From an uncultured Rivularia sp. (GTDB taxonomy: Bacteria; Cyanobacteriota; Cyanobacteriia; Cyanobacteriales; Nostocaceae): a stretch of 64,000 nt of DNA. The stretch is taken from positions 1,472,001 to 1,536,000 of the forward strand of contig OY762007.1 in the NCBI GenBank assembly GCA_963665115.1, written 5' to 3'. Below, piece after piece: positions 1-9,234 of the stretch. The notes below the pieces were generated by a model, which was not told the DNA's origin, did not search any database, and saw only the letters and a program-made list of their open reading frames with translations. Made by a program: the position numbers and the translations under genes. Positions within the stretch are counted from its first letter, which is position 1; every line of letters begins with the position of its first letter.

Positions 1-200
1 CCATAATATTGAGTCATATAAGGTGACTTTGTTTCACCTTTAGCAGAGTCATCATAAATCATGTAACCATCCACTCCTTCACCATTGAAAGTGAACTTGT
101 ACATAGCAGCTTGAGCGGGAGTCGTGTTAAATGTTCCTTGAACTAGTAACACTGCAAAACTAATCGCAACCACAATAAATAATCTTTTCCAAAAAGCCAT
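1..200 (-). CDS. Secreted hypothetical protein, 5' part only (runs off the window)
   Basis: Manual translation from ATG at 200: MAFWKRLFIVVAISFAVLLVQGTFNTTPAQA-AMYKFTFNGEG... It has a Sec-type signal peptide with an AQA site and an AGGAGA RBS upstream. The frame is open to base 1. Confidence 0.75.
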   Translation of the reverse strand, partial: MAFWKRLFIVVAISFAVLLVQGTFNTTPAQAAMYKFTFNGEGVDGYMIYDDSAKGETKSPYMTQYY

Positions 201-324
201 TTTCTTTATCTCCTGTAATCTTTTAATGATGGTGTGATGATATTTACTGACGTTTTATGCTCTGAAATAAAACATCTCTCTTTACCTCTTTCCTTCGCGC
301 TCTCCGCGCTCTCTGCGGTTATTT

Positions 325-490
325 AAAGTTTGTAGTAAGTGCTTTAGCGCTCCGAATTTCATACTACGAACCCATCAAAATTAATGTGGTATTGACAGTG
401 GTATTTTTCATTAGTTCTGAGGGATTAATTATTGTTTATACATGAGGGTTTTAGCCCTAAATATTTGGCGCTAAAGCGCAACTACGAACT
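325..490. repeat. Dispersed intergenic repeat (GTTCGTAGTTGCGCTTTAGCGCCAAA family)
   Basis: 421-490 is a near-exact reverse complement of 30811-30880. Related copies lie at 13243, 14131 and about 14480-14549. Confidence 0.75.
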
Positions 491-504
491 AATAATGAAA
501 TAAA

Positions 505-1257
505 CTACTTACTTGTGCCTTCTAATTTTTTTAGATTGAGAATTTTTTCACTAGGCGACAATTCTTTTAGAGGTAAAATGTTATATTCCTCTTTAATATC
601 TGCAAGAGGTCGATTCCACATCTCTTCCCAACGAATAGCCCAAAGAGGACGAGCAGCACGTCCGCGCTGCCAGCCTTCAAATAGCGCTTCTAAGGCTAAA
701 TCTAGTTGCTTTGTTTCCACGGTTGCAAAGTGCAGAACCAACGCAGTCATCAAAAACGTTTGGTAAACTGTTGCTCCTTGACCGTGATAAAAACCTTGAA
801 GCGCTAATTCTCCCAGCGTATCGGCATTGTAACCAGTAACAACGTGCCAGATATCATGAGTTTGCATCTTACGCAGTTTGATATAGCTTGCGTCATCGGG
901 GGATTCAAAAGCGGTATAGTCATAAGCGGGAATACCGTTTGCAATCATGTGATGATAATAAACATAGCCCAAACTACCCGGAGGACATTGATTTTTGAGG
1001 TCTTCTAATCTATACTCAGGTCCAAAATAGCGTTGCTCAATCATCTCTGCCATTCCGGGACTAAGACGCAATTGCTCAACGTATTCGCAAGTTTGTATTT
1101 CTTCCAAATGTCTTGTAACTTCTTCGAGCTTGAAATAATCTTGCAGTTCTGAATCGTTAGGATTTGCTGCTATAGATAAAAAAGCTCTGATAAAATTGGG
1201 GTCGTTGAGTAGAGATTGCGAATTGGGTAGGATACTAATTTTCTCTGTTATCTGCAT
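505..1257 (-). CDS. Coq4-family protein
   Basis: HDIWHVVTGY...GE (HDxxH-x11-E metal motif), PPGSLGYVY and the C-terminal WEEMWNRPL are typical of Coq4. Confidence 0.85.
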   Translation of the reverse strand: MQITEKISILPNSQSLLNDPNFIRAFLSIAANPNDSELQDYFKLEEVTRHLEEIQTCEYVEQLRLSPGMAEMIEQRYFGPEYRLEDLKNQCPPGSLGYVYYHHMIANGIPAYDYTAFESPDDASYIKLRKMQTHDIWHVVTGYNADTLGELALQGFYHGQGATVYQTFLMTALVLHFATVETKQLDLALEALFEGWQRGRAARPLWAIRWEEMWNRPLADIKEEYNILPLKELSPSEKILNLKKLEGTSK

Positions 1258-1364
1258 AAAAACTCCTTTGAAGATACGAGTAGATGTGAATTGGAATTAA
1301 CGGTGACTGGGAAAAATTAGAAATTACTTTTGTACCCAGTCACCAAAAATATCTAAAAATATGC

Positions 1365-2492
1365 TTAATGAGTCAGAAGAATCCTTTCCTGGGGTTGGGA
1401 AAAGCTCACTCCAGGAGCAGGGGCTGGTCCTAATGCAACATCACCCCAGCGCATTACGCTTGCACCGGCATTTGATGAGGAACCCATTGTATAAACAAGA
1501 ACTAAATCATTTTCTCGAATCTTACGGGATTCAGCGGCGTGATAAAGGTTCGCAATCGGAAATGTCGGCCCAATATTTGCATACAGGGGATTGAGGTTAA
1601 TTGTGCGGTCTGGGTCTATTCCTAATGCACGAGTACAAACTCTGGAATACCAAGCGCTGGGAGTGTTGAAGGCAAAAAAGTCAATTTCATCTAAGCTGAC
1701 ATCAGCAGCCGCAATCGCGCCATGACAGCACAACCGAATAAACTTGACTGTGGTTTCGTTAAACATTTTGCTTGCCCCTTTACCACCACGGATGAACATT
1801 TTAATGTTGCCTTGCTCGTCAGTGGTGAATTCGTTGTAAAAGGCACCGCAGGTAGCAGCGGTATTCGCAATTTTACTACCCAACACTCCCTGGTTTTCTT
1901 TTAAACTACCAACTACAAACGCTCCCGCACCATCACCCGATAAAAATGCCAGGGTATCATTTTCGTCAGTATAGCGAGAGTAAGTAGTTGAAACCACTAC
2001 CAAAACATTGCGGTATTCTCCCGTTCTGACCAGGGAGCAAGCAGTCTGGAGCGAAACTAACGCCGAAGTGCAGGTTGATTCTATATTCCATGCCGCATTT
2101 TGCAACCCTAATTTACCCGCGAGGAAAGCAGCATTCCCTGGTGTAACTTGTTCGGGAAACAGGGAAGTAACCAACATCAAATCAACATCTTCGGGTGCCA
2201 GCTTTGCCGCTTCGAGTGCATCCATCGCCGCGCGGTATTCTAGAGAAAGCGAGGTTTCATCCTCAGCTACCACCCGCCTTTCTACCGTACCGCGAAACGG
2301 GTCTGACATATAGGGTGCTAGTTCTTGCGACCAGATATCTGTGGAGCCGTCGGGTGCAAATAATCTTGCTAAAGTCTTCTTTTCGGCTACAGCCACCATC
2401 TCCGGATAATTCTCTCGATAATAATCGTTAGTGCGGATGATGCTGGGAAAATTAACGGCGATCGCCCGAATGCCAACTGGTTGTAAGTTCAT
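1365..2492 (-). CDS. 3-oxoacyl-ACP synthase III-like protein, putative furanolide synthase (CybF-like)
   Basis: KAS III motifs STCTSAL (catalytic Cys), GDGAGA and ANIG. The usual HQAN His position reads FNTP. Operon context supports the call. Confidence 0.8.
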   Translation of the reverse strand: MNLQPVGIRAIAVNFPSIIRTNDYYRENYPEMVAVAEKKTLARLFAPDGSTDIWSQELAPYMSDPFRGTVERRVVAEDETSLSLEYRAAMDALEAAKLAPEDVDLMLVTSLFPEQVTPGNAAFLAGKLGLQNAAWNIESTCTSALVSLQTACSLVRTGEYRNVLVVVSTTYSRYTDENDTLAFLSGDGAGAFVVGSLKENQGVLGSKIANTAATCGAFYNEFTTDEQGNIKMFIRGGKGASKMFNETTVKFIRLCCHGAIAAADVSLDEIDFFAFNTPSAWYSRVCTRALGIDPDRTINLNPLYANIGPTFPIANLYHAAESRKIRENDLVLVYTMGSSSNAGASVMRWGDVALGPAPAPGVSFSQPQERILLTH

Positions 2493-2581
2493 GATTTTTC
2501 TCCTTTAAATTTAATAGCTATCGGTAAATGAGGTATTGATCCAAACGGTTTAAGTCCCCCACCATGCGCCGCGATAACTGT

Positions 2582-4345
2582 TCACTGTTCGCTGTTAGCT
2601 GAAATAGCTCCTTGTTGGATGAGGCTGCGAATTCTAGCACCAATGGGAGCGGGTTGTGTGGGGTCTAAATTAATGTCAATTACAAAGGGAACTGTGGCAG
2701 CAAGGGCTGTTATTAAGGCTGCTTCGAGTTCCGACTCTCGGTCAACGCGGATACCGTCTGCACCCATTCCCCGCGCTAACTGAACAAAATTTGTACTCGG
2801 TATTTCAGTATCCACCCCTGTAAATCCTTGTAAATTCATACCTTGGGCGCACATATTGTAGCGTCCGTCATTAAGTACAATCCACACGGCAGGAATTTTG
2901 AATCGAACTGCGGTACTGACTTCGCTATTCATCAACATTGCACCGTCTCCCACAATGGCAACAGCTTTACCATTCCTTCCCCAAGCCGCTCCGACTACTC
3001 CGGTAACGGCATGACCCATTGCTCCCACACCAGTACTAATTCGGTAGCGCCCCGGTTGTTTAAAGCACAGTCGATTAGTTGCCCAAGCAAAGGAATTTCC
3101 GGCTTCAGCCAAGATTACAGCATCGCTACCATCAACGATAACCTGTTGAATTGTATCCATTAAAACTTCCGGTCTGACTAAACCATTATGGGAAGAAATC
3201 TGTTTTTGCTCTGGATGGGGCAGTGTTGGTAAATTTCCAGGACGTAGGGGAAAGTGAGATAATAGAGATTTCAGAAAAGCTTTGACTTCCGATTGAATTG
3301 AGAAAATTGATGCTTCCGGGTAAGCAACTCCAGGTACTTCCGGGTCAATATCTACATGGATAAACCCACCAGCAGGTACCATTTGCGGATTCCAGAACGA
3401 AGTTGGTTCTCCCAAACGGGTTCCCAAAACCAGGATGCGATGGGGTTGCTGCTCCTGCATATATGCGAGAACAGAACTATGACCGCTAAACCCAGTCACA
3501 CCGACAAATTGCGGATGATTTTCGGGAAAAACGCCTTTAGCACGGGGAGAACACATCACCGCAGCCCCAGTACGCTCCGCTAATTCGCGAATTTCCGCAG
3601 CTGCACCTCTAGCACCGAAACCAACCCAAATTGCAAAGGGTTCCTGAGAAAGTAAGCGCACGCATTCAACAGTTGTATGTTCGCTAGGGGCTAATTCCCC
3701 ACAAGTAAACCCAGTTTGGTACTTTACCGCGCATGGTGTAGTTTGAATTGGAGTCGGAATACTGATATGGGCAACAAAACCCCCCGGTTGGGATAAACCT
3801 CGTGCCAATCGTCGGGAAATTTCCGGGATTTCATCTCCATTCTCCACAATCGTAGCGTAGTTAAATAATGCTCCAGGGGTAAACAAACCCGAAATCGGCA
3901 TAGTATGAGCGCTTGTTTCTTGACAAGCCCAACGTCCGCGATTTCCCGTTGCAGTTGCCGCAGAGATTAGAATTACCTTGGCACCTTCTCCCCTAGCAGC
4001 CAACAATCCAGTCAGTACATTAGTGATACCCGGACCCGTAGTAACGAATACTACCACCGGACGATTGCTAGCAAAGTAAGCTTCACAAGCTGCAAAAGCT
4101 GCTCCCGACTCGTGGCGAAAATGGAGAACTTGAATATTGCTGCGGTTGAGCGCTGCCCAAAGTGGTCCAATACCACCTCCAGAAACACCGAATGCAGATT
4201 CCACCCCCATATCTTCCAACATTTTGACCGCAGTTTCTCCAACTGTCAGTTGAGTTGGTGTTAATTGGGTGATTTGTTCATTTCCAGGTGGGGAGAAAAT
4301 TGAAGATGTAGATGATTTTGTAATTTGATACGATTTGGTATTCAT
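2582..4345 (-). CDS. ScyA-related ThDP-dependent acyloin synthase (CybE-like)
   Basis: RHESGAAF catalytic Glu, TTGPG, and the ThDP-binding GDGAMLMN...LNDG motif. Confidence 0.88.
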   Translation of the reverse strand: MNTKSYQITKSSTSSIFSPPGNEQITQLTPTQLTVGETAVKMLEDMGVESAFGVSGGGIGPLWAALNRSNIQVLHFRHESGAAFAACEAYFASNRPVVVFVTTGPGITNVLTGLLAARGEGAKVILISAATATGNRGRWACQETSAHTMPISGLFTPGALFNYATIVENGDEIPEISRRLARGLSQPGGFVAHISIPTPIQTTPCAVKYQTGFTCGELAPSEHTTVECVRLLSQEPFAIWVGFGARGAAAEIRELAERTGAAVMCSPRAKGVFPENHPQFVGVTGFSGHSSVLAYMQEQQPHRILVLGTRLGEPTSFWNPQMVPAGGFIHVDIDPEVPGVAYPEASIFSIQSEVKAFLKSLLSHFPLRPGNLPTLPHPEQKQISSHNGLVRPEVLMDTIQQVIVDGSDAVILAEAGNSFAWATNRLCFKQPGRYRISTGVGAMGHAVTGVVGAAWGRNGKAVAIVGDGAMLMNSEVSTAVRFKIPAVWIVLNDGRYNMCAQGMNLQGFTGVDTEIPSTNFVQLARGMGADGIRVDRESELEAALITALAATVPFVIDINLDPTQPAPIGARIRSLIQQGAISANSEQ

Positions 4346-4357
4346 GTTTTTAATTAG

Positions 4358-4404
4358 TAATTGGGGATTGGGGATTGGTAATTGGTAATTGGTAATTGGT
4401 AATT
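4358..4404. repeat. STRR-type heptamer tandem repeat (ATTGGGG/ATTGGTA)n
   Basis: attggggattggggattggtaattggtaattggtaattggtaattg. Confidence 0.85.
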
Positions 4405-4487
4405 GTTACTCACTTCTGGCTTTAAGCCGACCTATTTTTCTCTATCTCTCCAACTCTTTCCTCTGCGGTTTTTTTAATCAGTAATCA

Positions 4488-6038
4488 TCAGAGCGGAAGC
4501 AGTAATTGGGAATTGGTAATCGCACATTCTTGCTGGCGCAAAAATCTTTTCATCACCTTCCCCGTCGGATTTTTTGGTAGTGAATTAACAAATTGAATTT
4601 TTTGGGGAATTTTATATGCTGCCATTCTTTGATTGCAAAACTGAATTATTTCTAATTCGCTAATTTGACTGTTGGCTTTGCAGACAATATTGGCTTTAAC
4701 TATTTCCCCTTTAATCGCATCGGGAACTCCATAAATTGCAACTTCTGCAACTGCATGATGTTGGTAAATTACATTTTCTACTTCTGTAGGATATACTTTA
4801 AACCCAGAAACATTAACCATATCTTTTAAACGGTCGGCAATGTAGAAAAAGCCTTCTTCATCCATACGACCAATATCACCACTATGCAGCCAGCCATTTT
4901 TAATTACTTCTTGAGTTTCTTCAAGACGCTTCCAATAACCGAGCATGACATTGGGACCTTTAATAATTATCTCCCCCAATTCTCCCGGTGATACCTGATT
5001 TCCATCACTATCAACAACTTGCATTTGGACATTTTCGATAGGCATTCCAATGGAACCAAACTTATATTTTAAATTGTGGTTATAGCTAGCGCAGGGTGAT
5101 GCTTCTGTTAAACCGTATCCTTCATGAATCACTTTTTTATACTTTTCTTGCCACATACGAGCAATTTCTACGGGCATGGGAGCGGCAGCGCTAAAATAAT
5201 AACGCAAGCTGCTAAAGTTATATTTAGAAGTGTCTTGATTCAGCAATCGGATAAATACAGTTGGTACTCCAAAAAACATTGTTACCTGATATTTATCAAT
5301 GCTTTCTAAAGCTACTTCTAATTCAAATCTTCTTTGTAAAATGATAGTCGCACAAACATTTAATCCAGCGTTGAAAATTGCATTTTGACCGAAGCAATGA
5401 AACAAAGGTACATATAGCAGCAATCTATCATGTTGATTCATCCCAGAACAGCGATTGTGTGCGGAGATATTAGAAATAATATTACCGTGGGAAAGAGTTG
5501 CACCTTTAGGAAAACCCGTAGTTCCAGAAGTATAGACAATACTAGCAGGAGAATCCCATTCCATCTCTACAGCGCGAGCTATGGGAGAAGCATTTTCAAT
5601 CAAAGCTGTAAATTCGATATCTTTATCTTTCTCTACCGTACCCTCAGCAATCAAAATATGCTGTAAATGAGGTAAATCGCTATCAACTAAGTGCAAACGT
5701 CCCGATGCTGTGGTCACAATTGCTTTAGCAGTACAATCATTCAGAACATAACTAACCTCAGCCGACTTAAACATTACATTCAGGGAAACTGCAATCGCGC
5801 CAATTTTCAAAATTCCTAAATAGGCAATAGCAAACTCCGGTATATTTGGCAAGAACAAAGCAACGCGATCGCCTTTTTCAATCCCCAATCCCCGCAATGC
5901 ATTAGCTGTACGATTAACTAATTGGTCAAAATGCTTGTAGGTATAAAACTTATCTTCGTAAATTATTGCGGTCTTGTTGGGAAATAGCCGATGACCGCGT
6001 TCGACATGATGTGCGATATTCATAATTTTAAAGGTCAA
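4488..6038 (-). CDS. Acyl/aryl-CoA ligase, putative 4-coumarate-CoA ligase (CybC-like)
   Basis: AMP-binding motifs YTSGTTGFPKG, EGYGLTE, SGDIG and PKNPTGK. The likely start is ATG at 6023. Confidence 0.9.
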   Translation of the reverse strand: MTFKIMNIAHHVERGHRLFPNKTAIIYEDKFYTYKHFDQLVNRTANALRGLGIEKGDRVALFLPNIPEFAIAYLGILKIGAIAVSLNVMFKSAEVSYVLNDCTAKAIVTTASGRLHLVDSDLPHLQHILIAEGTVEKDKDIEFTALIENASPIARAVEMEWDSPASIVYTSGTTGFPKGATLSHGNIISNISAHNRCSGMNQHDRLLLYVPLFHCFGQNAIFNAGLNVCATIILQRRFELEVALESIDKYQVTMFFGVPTVFIRLLNQDTSKYNFSSLRYYFSAAAPMPVEIARMWQEKYKKVIHEGYGLTEASPCASYNHNLKYKFGSIGMPIENVQMQVVDSDGNQVSPGELGEIIIKGPNVMLGYWKRLEETQEVIKNGWLHSGDIGRMDEEGFFYIADRLKDMVNVSGFKVYPTEVENVIYQHHAVAEVAIYGVPDAIKGEIVKANIVCKANSQISELEIIQFCNQRMAAYKIPQKIQFVNSLPKNPTGKVMKRFLRQQECAITNSQLLLPL

Positions 6039-6048
6039 AGGTTGAAGG

Positions 6049-7765
6049 TTAAAGGTTAACTGATTTCAAAGCGGATAAAACTTCTGAGATTGCAGTAACA
6101 ATTTGTCCGCCACGAGTAACATCGTCAGCAATTTTACTAATATGAGAATCTAAACCTTGCTCGTTGTCATCCCATATATAAGGACGTTCTTTACTTGGTG
6201 GTCTGCCAACAACATTCCGAACTGCCATGTATAAATCTTGAGTAGCGGGTGATAAAGTTGCACGAGCATCATAATGTCCCGCAACTGCATAGGTACGCAA
6301 ATCCACCGATTGCACCCCAAACATCAAAGCTAAAGCGATATATTGTTGAAAAATCTCTACACTGGTTCGCGCTAAATTAGCTGAAGCAAACCCCTGACTA
6401 TTAATATTCTGGTTGTATTGTTCTGCATGGGTAGGAAATCTGTCAGCAATAGAATTTCCATAGAAGGTTAACAAAGGCATAATCGAATTACCAGTAATTT
6501 GCAATCCCTTTAAACCCATATTCACAGTACGCTGTTGATTTCCAACTAGGGACGGAGACAATCCATTATTAAACTCCGGAGCCACTAAATAAGCGATTTG
6601 TACATCTAAATGTTTGGCTAACATTCCAATGTGATAGCGCAATCTATCCATTCCCACACCAATGTACTGTCCCAGAAAATTGCCCCCATGATAACTAGCT
6701 TGATTTTCTACATCAATTAACGGGTTATCGGTGACAGAATTTATTTCTATCTCCACCTGTTTGGCAATATCTTCGATACCGTCTACAATCGGTCCCATAT
6801 ACTGTGCCAGACAGCGTAATGAATAACGATCCTGAATGGGATTTTTACCTCGATAATTGTGGGAACCATCTAACTCATCGCGAATTAACCCAGAAACCTG
6901 CCAACAATTCCAGCATTTGGGAAGCAGCCCAAACTTGCCCGGAATGGGGTTTTAGTTTATGAATATATTCGTGAAAAGATTGATTAGTACCTTCCAAACC
7001 TTGAATTGTTAAAGCATGGGTTCCGACGCTCAAAGCTAATAAAATTCTCGTATCTTGGACGCAATTAGCCGCAATTCCAGTCATTACAGAAGTCCCATTC
7101 ATCATTGCTAATCCTTCCTTGGGAAGTAATTGCAACGGCTCTAAACCCAGCTTTTGCAGTGCTGTTGGTGCATCCATTTCTTCACCGTCAAAATCTACGA
7201 TGTAGCTGGAATTTAAACCAATTAATGCTCCAGAAATATACGCTAAAGGTGTTAAATCCCCACTAGCACCAATCGAACCAAATTCGGGTACATGAGGAGT
7301 AACACCAGCATTTAAGAATATCAGCATCCGCTTGATGAGTTCCAGACGAATACCCGATGCACCAGCAACGTGAGAGTTAGCACGTAACAGCATCGCAGCC
7401 CGAACATCAGCTAGAGGTAACTTGTTTCCCGCACCCACCTTGTGATAGCACATCAAATTATTTTGTAGTAAAGTCGCAGATTCCGGCGAAATTACCACAT
7501 TTGCCATCCCACCAAAACCAGTAGTCACCCCATAAATTGGCTCCCCCGATTCAACAGCATCGCGGATAAAATCGCAGGATGCTTGAACATTGGCTAATTT
7601 TTCCAGATTTTCAGTTAAACGTACCCGTACTCCATAACGCGCTACACTTACCACTTCCTCAATCGTAAGTTGGCGATCGCCAACAATTACCGCAGCATCC
7701 GAATTATTTAAAAAAGTAAACTGTTTTGAGGAGACATTGTTTTGAGTTAAGCGAGTTGCATCCAT
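6049..7765 (-). CDS. Aromatic amino acid (Tyr/Phe) ammonia-lyase (CybB-like), split by a +1 frameshift near 6894-6896
   Basis: GASGDL MIO motif and YGVTTGFG. The two ORFs are collinear halves of an Anabaena-type PAL. Removing one base restores ...LLAGSGLIRDELDGSHNYRGKNPIQDRYSLRC... Confidence 0.92.
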
Positions 7766-7798
7766 GTTGTTGACCTAATATTTTTTACAAGAGAGGTT

Positions 7799-8914
7799 TT
7801 AGCGTAAACAAAGACCAGATACTTCTGAATCTATAGATAGTTGTTTGGAAGTAATGCAGGGCTGATGCTGTTCCCAGCGACCGAAAAATTGACTCAAATG
7901 ACTTATTTCCCGCATTAATTGGGCAAAACTAGCAAAATCAAGTGACTGAGGACCATCTGAAAGCGCTTTTTGAGGATTGGGGTGAACTTCCACCATCAAA
8001 GAATCGCAACCAGCCGCAATAGCAGCCTTTGCCATTGGACTAACCAGTTCAGATTTACCAGTAGCGTGACTGGGATCAACGACAATTGGCAGGTGAGTTA
8101 GATTGCGTAAAACAGGAATTGCAGATATATCTAAAGTATTGCGAGTATACTTCCTGTCGCAAGTTCTAATTCCCCGTTCGCAGAGAATCACATTGGGATT
8201 TCCCGCTGCCAAGATATATTCTGCTGACATCAGCCATTCCTCAATCGTGGCTGATAAACCTCGCTTCAGCAACACCGGCTTATTAGTTGCACCGATTTTT
8301 TTCAAAAGTGAAAAATTTTGCATATTGCGGGCACCAACTTGGAGTATATCTGCAACCGATGCGATCGCCGATAATTCAGAACCATCCATCACTTCAGTAA
8401 TAATTCCCAAACCAGAAACTGACCTAGCAGTTGCCAACCATTCCAAAGCAGTCTCTCCATGTCCTTGGAAAGCATAAGGAGAAGTTCTGGGTTTGTAAGC
8501 ACCTCCCCGGAGAAACTTTGCACCTGCGGCTTTAACTTGCAGCGCAGTTTCCACAATCATCTCTTCGCTTTCCACAGAGCAGGGACCAGCAATTACAACT
8601 AGAGGATGATTTTGACCGAAAGTAACATTCCCAGAAGGAGTCGAAACTTTAATATTACTGGGTTCACCATAGCGAAACTCCAAACTAGCTCGTTTGAAAG
8701 GCTTATTTATCCGCAGCACCTGCTCAATATAAGGACTTAAATTTTGCACCTGTTGTAAATCGATTTCCGCCGTATCACCAACCAAACCAATAGCTACTTT
8801 ATTTTTCCCTCTAGATACTTCTGGTAAAATATTCCAGCGTCGAAGTTCCGTACATAATAATTTAATTTCTTCTTGAGGACAACCAGATTTAACGACGATA
8901 ATCATTGTTTTCAC
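7799..8914 (-). CDS. aroF: DAHP synthase (type I-beta, with N-terminal regulatory domain)
   Basis: IAGPCSVES, GGAYKPRTSPYAFQG, GARNMQN, DPSH and ALSDGPQSL motifs. Confidence 0.95.
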   Translation of the reverse strand: MKTMIIVVKSGCPQEEIKLLCTELRRWNILPEVSRGKNKVAIGLVGDTAEIDLQQVQNLSPYIEQVLRINKPFKRASLEFRYGEPSNIKVSTPSGNVTFGQNHPLVVIAGPCSVESEEMIVETALQVKAAGAKFLRGGAYKPRTSPYAFQGHGETALEWLATARSVSGLGIITEVMDGSELSAIASVADILQVGARNMQNFSLLKKIGATNKPVLLKRGLSATIEEWLMSAEYILAAGNPNVILCERGIRTCDRKYTRNTLDISAIPVLRNLTHLPIVVDPSHATGKSELVSPMAKAAIAAGCDSLMVEVHPNPQKALSDGPQSLDFASFAQLMREISHLSQFFGRWEQHQPCITSKQLSIDSEVSGLCLR

Positions 8915-9234
8915 CTTCCCCTTAAATCTATAATTTGCTATTTACTTGTAAAAACTTGAATTTGTGTAATTACTGAGTTGAAAAATCAGCGGAATAATTG
9001 GCGCTCAGTAATATTGCTGTTGTCGATAATTTACACATTAAATCGGATTCAAATGTTACGCATCAGCCTTTTATGCTTATTGAAGTGCAGTATTAATACC
9101 TGGTGGATGCATGAATGTGAATGGGGAATTGCAGAAAAGTGCATTGTATTTTTTATTCGTCAAGATTTAATCCATTTCTTAAATAAAACGCTAATATCAT
9201 TGGATACTCTATAATCAATATAAATACGTAGTCT

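Noticed and set aside
2582..4345. Scytonemin cluster or housekeeping acetolactate synthase
   Set aside because: No scyB/scyC, trp genes or ilvN. The lyase, ligase and KAS III context fits a furanolide pathway.
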